64,000 nucleotides of DNA from Glycera tridactyla. Taxonomy: Eukaryota. This document shows positions 14,701 to 27,300 of this stretch, piece by piece. The stretch covers positions 25,916,001 to 25,980,000 of the forward strand of contig OZ286469.1 in assembly GCA_965644265.1 (NCBI GenBank), given 5' to 3'. Numbering within the stretch: position 1 is the first letter of the stretch; the number at the start of each line of letters is the position of its first letter. Position numbers and translations under genes: made by a program. The notes beneath the pieces were generated by a model that saw nothing but the letters and a program-made list of their open reading frames with translations, was not told where the DNA came from and searched no databases.

Positions 14701-17700
14701 TTTCAAACCATAGTCAGACATGCCTCGAGCAAAAGCCTTTGTTACCTGACAGGCTGCATATAACTGTTCCTATAATCATGGTTTTCCTCATTGAGAAATT
14801 CATAGGTATCACACATGATTGTCAGAGAAGCAACCATATTTTCATGCAAGAGGGCTTATTCTCCATTTGCATGTGTCAGTGGGAAACGTAAATAAGAATC
14901 TTTTATTCCCATTATTGATGATTGAAGATGTGTATAGGATCGAGTTTCTTTAATGCTGTTCAATTCAGTATAAAACTTAAGGATGGATGGATGGAAGTTA
15001 CCACATTTTGCAAAATAATGAACTTTGGATGTCTTTCCATGGCTATTCTGCAGTGTCAAGATTATATCTGAACTTATGACTTTCGATATACCCCACTCAG
15101 TAGGATCAATGAGTTTCATTCGATACAAGTATTTTGATTGATCCCCATATAAAGCATTGGTAATCAGATTGTAGTCATATTGATGACATTGATGGGTTTT
15201 TGTTTGAAACTTGTCCTTTGTGTTTGGTTGTATACAAATCAGTCACTTGCACATTTATATTCGTATATCCTCACCAGATTTGGATCACTGAAACTGCATA
15301 TTACTGAAAGGGTGATAGATCGTCAGATGTTGCAAATTACATAATCAATCAATCAATCAATCCCTGCTCTATGCTTTGATCTGCAGCTGAGCTACCATGT
15401 ACAGTAAAACCTGTCTATAGTGAAAAGTCACGGGCCAGATTTTTCTTTTCACTGTAGACAGGATTTCACTATATACAGGTCAATTATAGTGAAAAAAAAC
15501 GTTCGGGCCAGATTTCTCTCTTCACTGTAGACAGGATTTCACTATAGCAGATTTCACTGTATCATAAAATGTCCAAATTGTGTCACTTATTCAAGTTGTT
15601 TCCATTACTTGTAACTTATCCAAAATGTTTCCGACCTAGGCTTGACTTGTTACATATCCTAATTGCATCTAATTAAACATCAGAGTGTAACTGGGCATCA
15701 TTTGTGACTTATACAAACCCTATTCGTATCATATTATTATTCTTTCCAATGTGATGCTGATGGTTCATCTAAAGAATTTAGAAAACCCTTCATGAAAATG
15801 ATCATGGGTCAACCTCAGTTCTTTCAGTGCTGCTAATTAAATACTCCGCAGCAAGAGCTGACTCATCTGCAAGTCTGCACTCATCTGCAACAAATAACAC
15901 AATTTTCACATGACTCACTCACCACCCCTGTACTGGCATCAGGTTGAAATCATCAGCATATGCAGCATATCTTCTTATTTGTGTTTTTACCTTATTTGTG
16001 TTTTTACCTTGATGTATTTTGAATCACATCTTTCTCTTGTAACTCACATGTATGTCAGTCCTTTCATCTCTTCTGTGTTCAGTTCAGATTTGAGCTGTAT
16101 TGATATTTGTGGATTAGTGGTGTCTATAAGTGCTTGTATCACCTGTCTAACCTCTGGTACACCCTGCATCTGTGTATGTGTGTGGACTTTCCCAAGTATC
16201 CTTCCATATCATGTATAGTTTCTCATTCAGCTACTGACCGTCGACTTGTTCAGTAGATGAAAGTATGCTTCTACTGTTGATTGGAATTCATTACTGGTAA
16301 ATTCTTCATTAGATTGAAAGAAATATATACCTTATTTCTACTACCAGGATTTCATTTTTTTATCATATTATTGTTCATCATCAAATACCCTTTTCTCCCG
16401 AATTAGTGCCCCAGGGAGCTTGTCAATTGATAAAAAAGGGGGGGGGGGGGTGTGTGCTTATTTGGTCGAATTCTGGCCAAAAAAAGCGAAAAATATTGAG
16501 CGGCAGCGCCATCCATGTGTGCCACCATGTTGGATCTGGCCTCCTTGCTGGTTCAGAAAGAGCTGGAAATTCAAATATCCAGTACCATCAAAACCGGTCG
16601 GCAGCTTCTCTCTTCCTCGGGAAGGGGGCTGATGAGGGGCGGGGCACTAATTAGGGAGAATGCGGTATAATGCCAGAGATTTTCATCAACATGGGCTCCA
16701 GCTGTTGTCGAGTAAATCAATATTCCTGCCCATGATTGCTGTATTCTAATGGTGGAGGGTCTCAACTTCCCAATGCCTATTATTGCTGGTATCTTTGACT
16801 AAGTACACATTCATACTTATATGATCCACTCATACCAGCATATAACACTCATATTCTTTCAGCCAAATGAGGTCCAGACGTATTTGACCAAATGATCAAA
16901 CATCCATACAGCTAATGGCTTGCTCCAACTAAAGACTTTCTGCCAATACATGTTCACATAATATATTCATTTATATTACCGGAGTTAAGGTGATTGGAAG
17001 TTGATTTGCAGCACCTTGCCTCAGGTTATTCCCAAAGAGTCCACTTAGGTTTGAGATGAAATGCACATCAGCATGCTCCATATACATTATCCTTTGTATA
17101 TGACCCAGTTCAACTCCCAGTGTACGTATTGGACCATTGGAGTAGTGATATATCAGAAAACTTTGGATGGTGGCTCTTACATGTTAAGTAATTGAATCCA
17201 GAGTGTCACCGATCTCTACATTTGAGATAGATTGATTCATGAGAGAATATGATGATGTATTTCAAGCATTGCTCATATGTTGGAGTCGTCAGTAGTTGAT
17301 TGTTGATAGTTTTGGCCTTTCCATTCAATTTTGGACAATTGGTATCAATATATTGATGGTTCTGATCAATGTATTACAGCTTGTGGAGGGACAGAAATTC
17401 TCATCAGTGTTTTTATATCTTGAAGACATACTTGCTCCATATGATTCTATAGTTTGATTTATCCTAAGCATAATTCATGCTTGCTTCACTTGAGAAGAAA
17501 TACAAATGCTTTATGAGAAACGGATCTGCTTGCTCTTGTATTGTAGTTGAATTTTCATCTATTCTGTATTTGTTTTTTTCTTCTTTTGTATCAGGTCCAG
17601 AGATATGATTCTTTATGCATGGGGTTTGATTGTAACATGACCACTTTTAGAATCGAGTGGAACTCTCATGTCTTGTTCAGAGTTTGGTCTAAACAGAGAT

Positions 17701-20700
17701 GAGGAGTTGTTGAATTTGGTCGGTGTAATCTAATCTACTTTTGGAATGATAGAATGCGGAAATCAGAGTAAGATATCAATGAATTCATTGCCATGCTGCT
17801 GTTTTGTAGCATTGGGAAAATTTTGGGAGCCTGATCTCAGATAGGGTAGGCTGCAATAGTCATAGATATGAGGTCAATCCATTTAGGAAGTTTGATAGTT
17901 TTTAGACAAGGCATAAATGACTGCTTTTTTGTATCAGAGAAAAATGTTTTCAGCTGTAATGAATCGAGTCATGCTGATTTATGTATGATGGCATAGTAAC
18001 AAGTTGTTATTTTTGCCTTCTTTCCAGACCCAAGAGCTAGACATCCCCTCCTCCTCTTCCTCTTCCTCCTCATCCTCGTCCTCCTGCTCCTCTAGACAAT
18101 CCACTAGCCGACCTAACCCTCGTCCATGTCAGTTCTGTCTTGCCGCTGCTCCCCACCCTGTCTGTTCACAGTTATTCAACCCTCACTTCCTACCCTACAT
18201 CCTCATGTGCATGTCTGAATTACCCTTCATTCTCTTGTAGTATGACCCAGATGTTTGTACACACTTCACATTCCACACCAAGGACATGTTTTCTCCACAG
18301 TGATATGGTTAAAGGTCCAACTCACAAAGGGTAAAGAATTGTAGCCCATAAATGTGTATAAAAGTCAACAGTCATTCATTCTTGGAACCCTTCAAGCGCA
18401 ATGTGTATCGGAATCATTTAGGACAACTTTATTCAGTAGGAAACATGAAATTTATAATGAAATCCAGTTCAGATATTGCCCAGTCATGAGTCATATATTG
18501 CCAAGATTTTCTCAATGCTTAGTCAGTAGATATGGGATTTTAGATTATATCTAGAGCTATCATTGAAGTATTGAATCTTCCCCCATTTTCATTCAGAACA
18601 AATTTTATGAATGGTATTGTATTTTCGCCACGATGAGTGATTTTAGTGGTGAAAGAATTGAATGAGTACAATCACTTGGGTCCATACTATTCATCTAGTC
18701 ATTTTCCTGCGTGCAGCTAAGTACATGTATCTGTTTAGCCGACTCACTAATCTTGACTAATCATCTAGCTGACTTATCAACTTGCCTAGCACTTGCCCAC
18801 ATTGTCTGTTTCATTATTTGCCTGTATTTCATTTTGCAGCATGTTAGCCAGTACCTTTTGTTATGATGCGATATTTATTCTGTACCCCCCCCCCCCCCCC
18901 CCCCCCTCACAGGTCCCAGACTACTTTTTACCCATCAAGTAGTACGCTTTACCCAAGGAATATCAGCTGCTTCTTATTCTACCAGAAGTTGTTGTATATT
19001 CCTTTAGATGATTCTCGCCAAGTGTATGTCACTGCAGAGGTTCTTCCTCCAAGTGAAATTCACTCTTACCATTTTCTCCTGAAGCCTCTCCTTGTGACCT
19101 CACAAGACTGTTGAGATCTCGGATGAGGGTGCATGAGAACCAAAATGGAACTGATGAATCATTATTTTCCCGACTATTAAGTGATTGCATCCCTTTTTGA
19201 TCTCAGTCTCTTGCCTAAATCTTTTTTGATTGCCCCACACTCTTCATTATGCAATGCTTTGCCTATGGCACATTGGCGACTTTTGAATTGCAAGCATTTC
19301 TTGTTATTACCATACTACCTGCCCCAGCCAACAGAGAAGCTTCTTTAGAGATATTTGTTCGGCGTCACCCAACCACACCCTTGGTTAAACCATCATGTCA
19401 TGACCCTTCCCCGGAACACATCAATCTTCCGAGGCCAACCATCCTTCTGTCTGTCCGTCCGACCCAGTCCTCTGTCATCGCCACGGGCTGCTGCTGCTGC
19501 TGATGCTGATGCTTGGTCGTCATCACATTCTTCTCCCTCCCTTGCAGACTGCCGATCACAACCACAACCAAAACCTCGAACTACAAGACATCCTTCTTAA
19601 ACAACAACTTGAGAAAATGGAAAAGGAACTCAGAGCTAAGGTGAGTCTCAACGAGCATTCATATCATCTGTCAATTTTGTCTAGACATTCAAGACCATTC
19701 TATATTTTATGATATTCATTTGCATGAACTAGGCATGTAGTAGCTATTTCTTTCTGTCCAGAATTATCATATTTATTCGTTACATTGCAGTGTATACTTT
19801 GAAATTTGTGTGTCACAGACTCACTTTGATTCAATAATTTTGATAATTTGGAGATATTCACCATTACCTGTTTCATTTTAGTGAAAGTCAGAACTGAATT
19901 ACAGGAGTTTATCTTTTTTTGTGTTTTTGGTGCTCCTTAATTCATGAGGTACCAGTGAAAATTCACTGGACTTCCTGATGATCATCATACAACTTAAAAA
20001 CAAAGGATATTTGACATAGTCTTTTCGCTGTCTTCATGGATAATAATTATCCATGGACCGATGCTCTCTAGTTAGTGCACACATCTCAATTGATAAATAA
20101 ATAGTGGGAAGAATTTGAATAATATGGTCATGAAATGTGAATGCATTCCTTCTCAGAAGAGAAATTTGGGCTTTTTAATGAACAAGTTAGTGAATGATTC
20201 AAAGGACCTTTCAGTCATTTTCTTAAAATCGGGGATGGAAATTTTAGTATTTTACTGGTATCAAAGTAGACTTGTGATGCATCATGGATGGAGCTTGTGA
20301 TGAGAGAACACCATGTCCAGAAGACCACCATTCAGAATCCCCTTCTCTATTCAATTTACGCAATTCTACCTCCGACTAGAGACCACCTATTTTTGAGACC
20401 ATTTTTGATAACATTTAGAGTGGTCTCATAAACAGGATGGGCTATATTCCACTTTGGCTTCGGGTTCTCGTTTGGCGCTTTTTTGTTGATTTCCTTATTT
20501 TGAATGCCTCAATTGCACTCATGATATTGATGTATTGCATGAATATGACATTGGTGGGTAATGTGAATTTGGGTGAATGATTCCTGACAGGCTAGTGATG
20601 GAGGAGAGCATGGGGTGAGTGATATTGTACTGTATAGGATAATCATAACATAGAGTAAATCTTGACTCTGAATCAGTGCTACCATGTTTGATTCTCTGGC

Positions 20701-23700
20701 TCTGTTGTCTCTGCAGTTTCCGAAAATTGTATCATTCATAGTACCATATTGTCATACTGCTATTTCACTTGTCCTGAAGTATTTACCTACATGAGTTTAA
20801 AAAATACCATTACAAGTGTTGGCAATGCGTTTATAGGACGATTAAATGATTGTGATTTCTAATCATCAAGAAATACACAGCATTATTGTGAGATAAATCA
20901 ATTTCTGTGATGATGAATATTTGTCGATTATCATCACAATATGTTCATCACATTCGAATCTTTAGAGGACATCTTGGACATCTCGCAGCCAGAGAACTCA
21001 TGGATCTGATAATAGGTGCTTGTATAGGTCCGTATAAATTGCATCAGCGAAATTTCTGCAGTTTGTGTAGTAAGTTTCTAATGATGTTCATTCTGTTTTA
21101 CAACCAAGAATGATTGTTATGGTTTTTTTGTTGTCATAATCACTTGATAATTTCACTCACTAGGTCAATTCACAGTTGATTGATGTCAAATGTGAATTGA
21201 TGGATGATATCAAGAGGCAATTACAATGGTATTTAATTGCACTGGGATCATGAAGATGAACCATGGATTGGGGATGAGAGCACTATATACTATATAGGAA
21301 CTCCATCATGGGATCTTATTGGCATAGTGTGGTTTTATTTGGAAATCATGGTTTTGTTGCTTTTATACCTCAAATTTGTCATGGGGTGGGAAGTGAATAG
21401 ACTCATTTATCAAATATTTGCAGCAATTTCCTATTACTTGTTCTCTGTGGAAATCAGACATTTGAGGTGCAATACTTGATATGTTAGGTTATTGAAGCTA
21501 GAACTCATGGTCATTGAAGACATTCAACATGCCAGCAAGAATTTGAATTCTATTAGATCAGAAACCTCAAGGTATTTTGTTAATTATTATGGAAATCAAG
21601 TCACTAGGACACTAGACAGTGTCACAGACTTGGTCATGTTGATCTTATTCATCGACAGAGTTTCTGCTTTTATACCACAGATAAACCAGTTCATATTTGG
21701 ATAGATGCATTCTGAGAGTCCACTGATGATTAAAAAAAATCGCGATTTTGCTTATAATGCTCTGATGACTTCATATTTGCCAGATTCATCAGTGTCTGTG
21801 GTATAATTTGAGAAATAAGCCATGACAGCAAATTAGATGTTAGAACATATTTAACACAATTTGCTTCTTGTGTGAAACCGATGGACAAGTATAATGTCAA
21901 AATCCTTGAGATGGCTTTGCCCTTTGTTTGGGAATTTCGATGGATGGCATCATATAAGATTGTTGACATCAGTATAGTGTTCGGGATGTATAATCTTTGG
22001 ATGAACCTCACTCTTCATTATTCCGCAGTTTCAGTATCTGATTCCACAGAATGTCATTCAATCACACCTGATTGAATGAAGCTTGCCAATCATACTTCTC
22101 ATTGGTGGGTTAGAAGTCAGATACTCCCTGGACTTATTGCGAGATACTCAACGACCAAGTATAAAATTTCATGCTGATAGGGTGATTCCTTTTTGAAATA
22201 CCCTGAGTCTGTAATTAGTATTTATATCATGCCAGGGATGGCTTTCCTGCAAAAGATGGCCAGTCAATGGAACAATATCCATTTTCATCTGATGGATCAT
22301 TGTCGTTTGACTCTTAACTGTACACACTACATATCATTGGTATGCAGAACATTATGAGAATAGAGAATGTATCATGAATCCGAATTATATCCTGGTTTAA
22401 CACAGATAACTGGAACAAATCCAAATAGAATTAAATCATGAGCAATGGATAACACTGCCTTGGTAGCAAATTGTTATCCTTAGCATCATCTCACATGAGA
22501 AATACTTCTTGAAATGCATCTTCAGTTTGCATAATGGATAACCATCTAATTCATAGCAATGGGTATTTAATTTGAATTTGTTATTCAAGTTTTTTTTGCC
22601 AGCTTTTGTGTGATTAGCTTTAATGTACATGTATCCCTACATTAGTAGTGTTAAATCAGTGTTGGCAATTCATTACCGGATGTATTATGGTTATTCAAAC
22701 ATGATACAGTGATTATATCATATTGGAAATTGGTCTGTGGGTGTATATGGTTCTCTGTAGTCTACAATGTCACCAACATTGCATCGATATCTCTCTCTGT
22801 GATTAAGTTGGCAACAACTCAATCGACTCTAAGACCATGCTGATTGCATGGGTAGTCTAGTATTACTGATCAGTGGCAAAACATGATCATGTAAACCCAA
22901 CAGCCTACTCTGGAGATTAGCCGTTCACATCAGGTTTTGCCTACTTTTCAGATGACATGTACCGGTATCTGAAGTTCAACCTAATTCTTGGGTCATTGCT
23001 TTATTCACATGAGAATCTATAACTGCTGTATACATACTCAAGACACCAATGATTGGTTTGTGGGCATATATTTTCTCAGAGAAAATGTTTACATGCCCAA
23101 ATGGCACATTCCAGATGCACATGTACTCCTATGTGCCCTTAGCAAATATGTGCCAAGAGAGTGACAAGTCTGCTGAGCATTGGAGAGCTCTGGCTCTGAT
23201 ACACTCAACTATAATCATTGATGCCTCTGAAATATATCAAAATAATGTGTACCAAATGGATTATGCTCCAATTGTCCAAATAATGTGTGTTCAACATATG
23301 CCCCATTCACCACAGACCACCGACCTACTGATTACAATTAATTTTCAACCAGTCGGCATCGTGTCTGCAAATATTTGTCAGATCATATTGACCATTTGGA
23401 TGGGCAAAAGTTGCAGCTTCATGTTACTTTTCATTACTGTACTTTTCATTTCATAATATTCACATTGATATTATCAGGACATGATATGTTGGTGTAATCT
23501 CCCATATTCTGAACTGTCTATGAGAAAGAGGCTACCATATTGTGAACACATCTGATTTTCCCCAAATTCAACTCATATGCGAAAATGTGTCACATTCAGT
23601 TCTTTTGATTTATGTGATTTCTCATTCTAAACTTTGTGTGATATGATATTGAGTGAAATCTGTTCCAACATAACTGATCACGCAGGTCTTGAAAGCGTTA

Positions 23701-24282
23701 GTTCAATCGATTGACTCATGACTATGATAATATTTAAAACATGTCTATCTTTTTCTGTGTTCACTCAGACAAATGAAGTAGATCGACTCACTCAAGAAGT
23801 ACGAACATGGCAAGAAGAAAGTTGGACAGCTCAAGAGAAGAAGAAACATGCTGAAGACACACTTGTCATAGTCAAGAGTGAACTTGACTCACTGCAGAAT
23901 ACGGCGAGAAAAGCTCTTGAAATGCAGCATGCTCACATTCAGCTTCAAAATGAGGTCNNNNNNNNNNNNNNNNNNNNNNNNNNNNNNNNNNNNNNNNNNN
24001 NNNNNNNNNNNNNNNNNNNNNNNNNNNNNNNNNNNNNNNNNNNNNNNNNNNNNNNNNNNNNNNNNNNNNNNNNNNNNNNNNNNNNNNNNNNNNNNNNNNN
24101 NNNNNNNNNNNNNNNNNNNNNNNNNNNNNNNNNNNNNNNNNNNTTGAGACCAACTCACCTAATAGAAATGGGTACCAATTCTAAAAATACATGCTACTCA
24201 ATTAGAATCCAATATACTTGATTCCAATTCTAGCAAGACATAAATAATTATCAAATATTTTTTTATTATTATTATTATTATC

Positions 24283-24314
<32 letters not shown>

Positions 24315-27300
24315 CATTATCATTTTCATTATCATCAACCCAGTGGAAAAAAAAACCAGTGAAATAAGTCCTCTCATTTCTATGACCAGAGCAATATATA
24401 TCACGAAATATCTTCAGTAAATCTCTCTACATGAGGCCCAGGTAAGCAGAATGTCTTATCCTCCCAGCTAGTTTGATATATAATAAGGCAGCCACTGTAA
24501 TTTAATTTGTTTTCCTTTGTGTTAAGTATGATGAGTTGCTGAAGCAACACACTTCTCTAGAAAAAGCTGAACAGGAGAAGGCTACATTGGAGAAGATCAT
24601 ACTAAAGTTGAAAGGTCAACTAAACGACCTTGAGAGAATAGATCTCGAACGTCAGCACCTCCAGGAAAAACTAAAGGCTCTACAGGATGAGCTCAAATTG
24701 ACGGTAAGTACTGAATAGTTGTTCAAGACTGTGATTGCTCCGCAGATCTGCAGCCATCCATGCATATGCAAGAGAAGAGCATTCAGTGCTGATTATTTTA
24801 GCATTTTAGATCATGAAAATAGGATGGGGATTAGTGGAGATAGAGGACAGCAGTTTTAATAAGCACTATTCAACAGTTGTTTGGGTTTCTCCGCCCACAA
24901 AATCTTGATGAGAAGGTTTCCAGGGTTTGTGGCTGAGAGCTAGTCACATCTCTGAGTCATTGCTGCCGAACTGTCTGGAAAGAACTCTCAACTTCCATTT
25001 ATCAAACCTGCAATTTTTTGATGTGCATCTAGCTATAACATTGTTTTAAAATACAGTACCATTTGTCCTCCTCAACTTTGTGTGAATTTCCCGAACATTC
25101 ACCTTTGGTCGGAGACCCGGAAGAAGAAGTCTTGAATGATCCACCCTGCCCATTGCATGGGCATCTTAATATAGCCCAAATGGTGCTCACAGAATGTCAA
25201 ACAACCAACCTACCTACCATTTCTCAGACTGAATCAACTGTTATTAATGTGAAACCTGCAACAAAAGACCACCATGAGAGACTATCTTTGACAGGATCAA
25301 AGGCATTTTTTCTGATCAAATGCATCTCTGACAGATGACCATCTCCTCTGAGAGGCCATTTCGGTGACATTTAGGATAAACATTGTTCGCCGGTTTCAAG
25401 ATTTCAGACGGATTTCTTTGTGGGATTGATATTAGTCATGCGTTCAAACAAACCAACTAGATTCAGCTATTTTAATCCTCTATTTGCATGACCATGGCAA
25501 TTGGTTTTTGCAAGTTATCATGAGTTAGTGGTGCAGGAATGACTTTGTTACATCTGAGTGCAGAAAATTAAGAATCAGAATATCTGGTGTCTGTTTGCAA
25601 TTATGATGGTACACTTCATGAATTGGATTAATCGGTTGAAATGAGTGAAATGATGTCAACTGTTATTGTCTTTTCTCAAATTCACATTTTTTGTTTGATT
25701 TGCAGAAGAAAAATGAGAGTGAACTCACTCAAGAAAATGCCCGTATGCGACACAAGTTAGACGGGCTCAAAAAAGAAATTGCAACTTATCGCACCCGGGA
25801 AAAAGACTACCGTCATGTACAATCGAAGGTGAGGACGATTGTCCCAATACTTGCGTGGAGGTCAAGGAGGACAATTTATATTGCATTATGAGTCAGAAGT
25901 CATGATACCCAGGAGGGTGTTGATCTCACCCTTACAAATCAGTTCCCAAATCAATTTCTAGAGACTTGACATATTTTTTTGTTATTGGTGGTGGTGATGG
26001 TGGGAGTGGAAGTAGTTCATTCCCCTGATTGGAGTCAGGCCTCAAGGCTTTTTGAAACTAGGCGTTTACAGAAACTGCGGATTGAACTTATGTTATGATT
26101 GAGTTGATTTGGAAATCTTGGCCAAAACTGGTATTTAAGGATGGACTTTCAAATGAGCATATACAATAATGGTGATACTGACTTTGATGAGATGCCAGCT
26201 AGCAGATTTTTCAAATGATTAGTGTGGGCCATGAACCAGAAATATCATGGGCCCAGCCACTGGATCAATAAAATATTGATGGCCCATCAATATTCTGAAG
26301 TTCAGAAGAAAATATTTGCTGCCCTCGTTTTATGACATCTGCCTCAATTTGTTTCCAGGAATCTTCCAGGAATCATTTTTTTTGTGGGTTTCAAGAGATT
26401 GATAATTCAGCTCCTAATTTTCAGTATGATGAAATGGAAAAGACTAAAACGAAGGCGCAAACCATGGTGGCACCATTGAGAGCCAAGGTCATTCGTCTGG
26501 GGCAGAAATGTTGCAACAAAGTGAGTGGNNNNNNNNNNNNNNNNNNNNNNNNNNNNNNNNNNNNNNNNNNNNNNNNNNNNNNNNNNNNNNNNNNNNNNNN
26601 NNNNNNNNNNNNNNNNNNNNNNNNNNNNNNNNNNNNNNNNNNNNNNNNNNNNNNNNNNNNNNNNNNNNNNNNNNNNNNNNNNNNNNNNNTGGAGCAAGCA
26701 TTCTTCCCAAGATACTATTGTTTATCTCCCTCACAAATATACATGCTGCCCAACACATCTAGTGGGACCATATTTTCAGGAATTTAATGTGCTCACTTGT
26801 CACCAATTCTACTGTATTATCATTTCTGATAGTCATCTCATCATTTGCATTATTGACACAACTTTATCTAGTCAGGAACTTCAATATTGGATTGTTACAG
26901 ACTGAAATGGGTAACACTGTACAGAAATGAAGTCATTAGGTTCAAAATTATATCTGTGATAGAACTGGAGTGCTTCACATCATTTTGTATAACTATTCAT
27001 ATGGGATGTGCTCCCTTTATGTACTTAACAGGTCAGATGGCTGAAGCTGTGTGAAAACTGATTATACACATACCTATGTTTTAAATCCAGTAGATTCTAT
27101 ACATTCCCTATTATAACACATTGGTATGATTATACCTGATGATGTGATAATTTCTCCTCGCAGGATGACCTGATTGAACGGCTACTTAAAGAAGTGCGTC
27201 CCCATGGCAAGCCTGCCAGTCTTATCGAAGAGGCCGAGAGAGAGCACGCACTAAGTGCAACGGAAGAATATAATCGCCCTCTCTCGCCCCTTCCTACACC

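Noticed and set aside
1890-19032. Similar peptides DDEDSRQIVYVT (1890s) and DDSRQVYVT (19000s), each downstream of a poly-C tract
   Set aside because: Only 13 nt are shared (gtgtatgtcactg), and neither has splice sites in phase with the gene; most likely coincidence
20900-22050. Fragmentary ORFs faintly resembling a non-LTR RT (SETS...RTLDS...LILFIDRVSAF) or piggyBac (DES, KP.KY)
   Set aside because: Motifs are too degraded and point to different families; needs a frameshift-aware search
23049-23456. 135-aa ORF in intron
   Set aside because: No recognisable motif or splice support; length is reachable by chance
24144-24260. caactcacctaatagaaatgggtacc resembling a SINE CORE motif before the (ATT)n tail
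   Set aside because: Too short, and the head is lost in the gap
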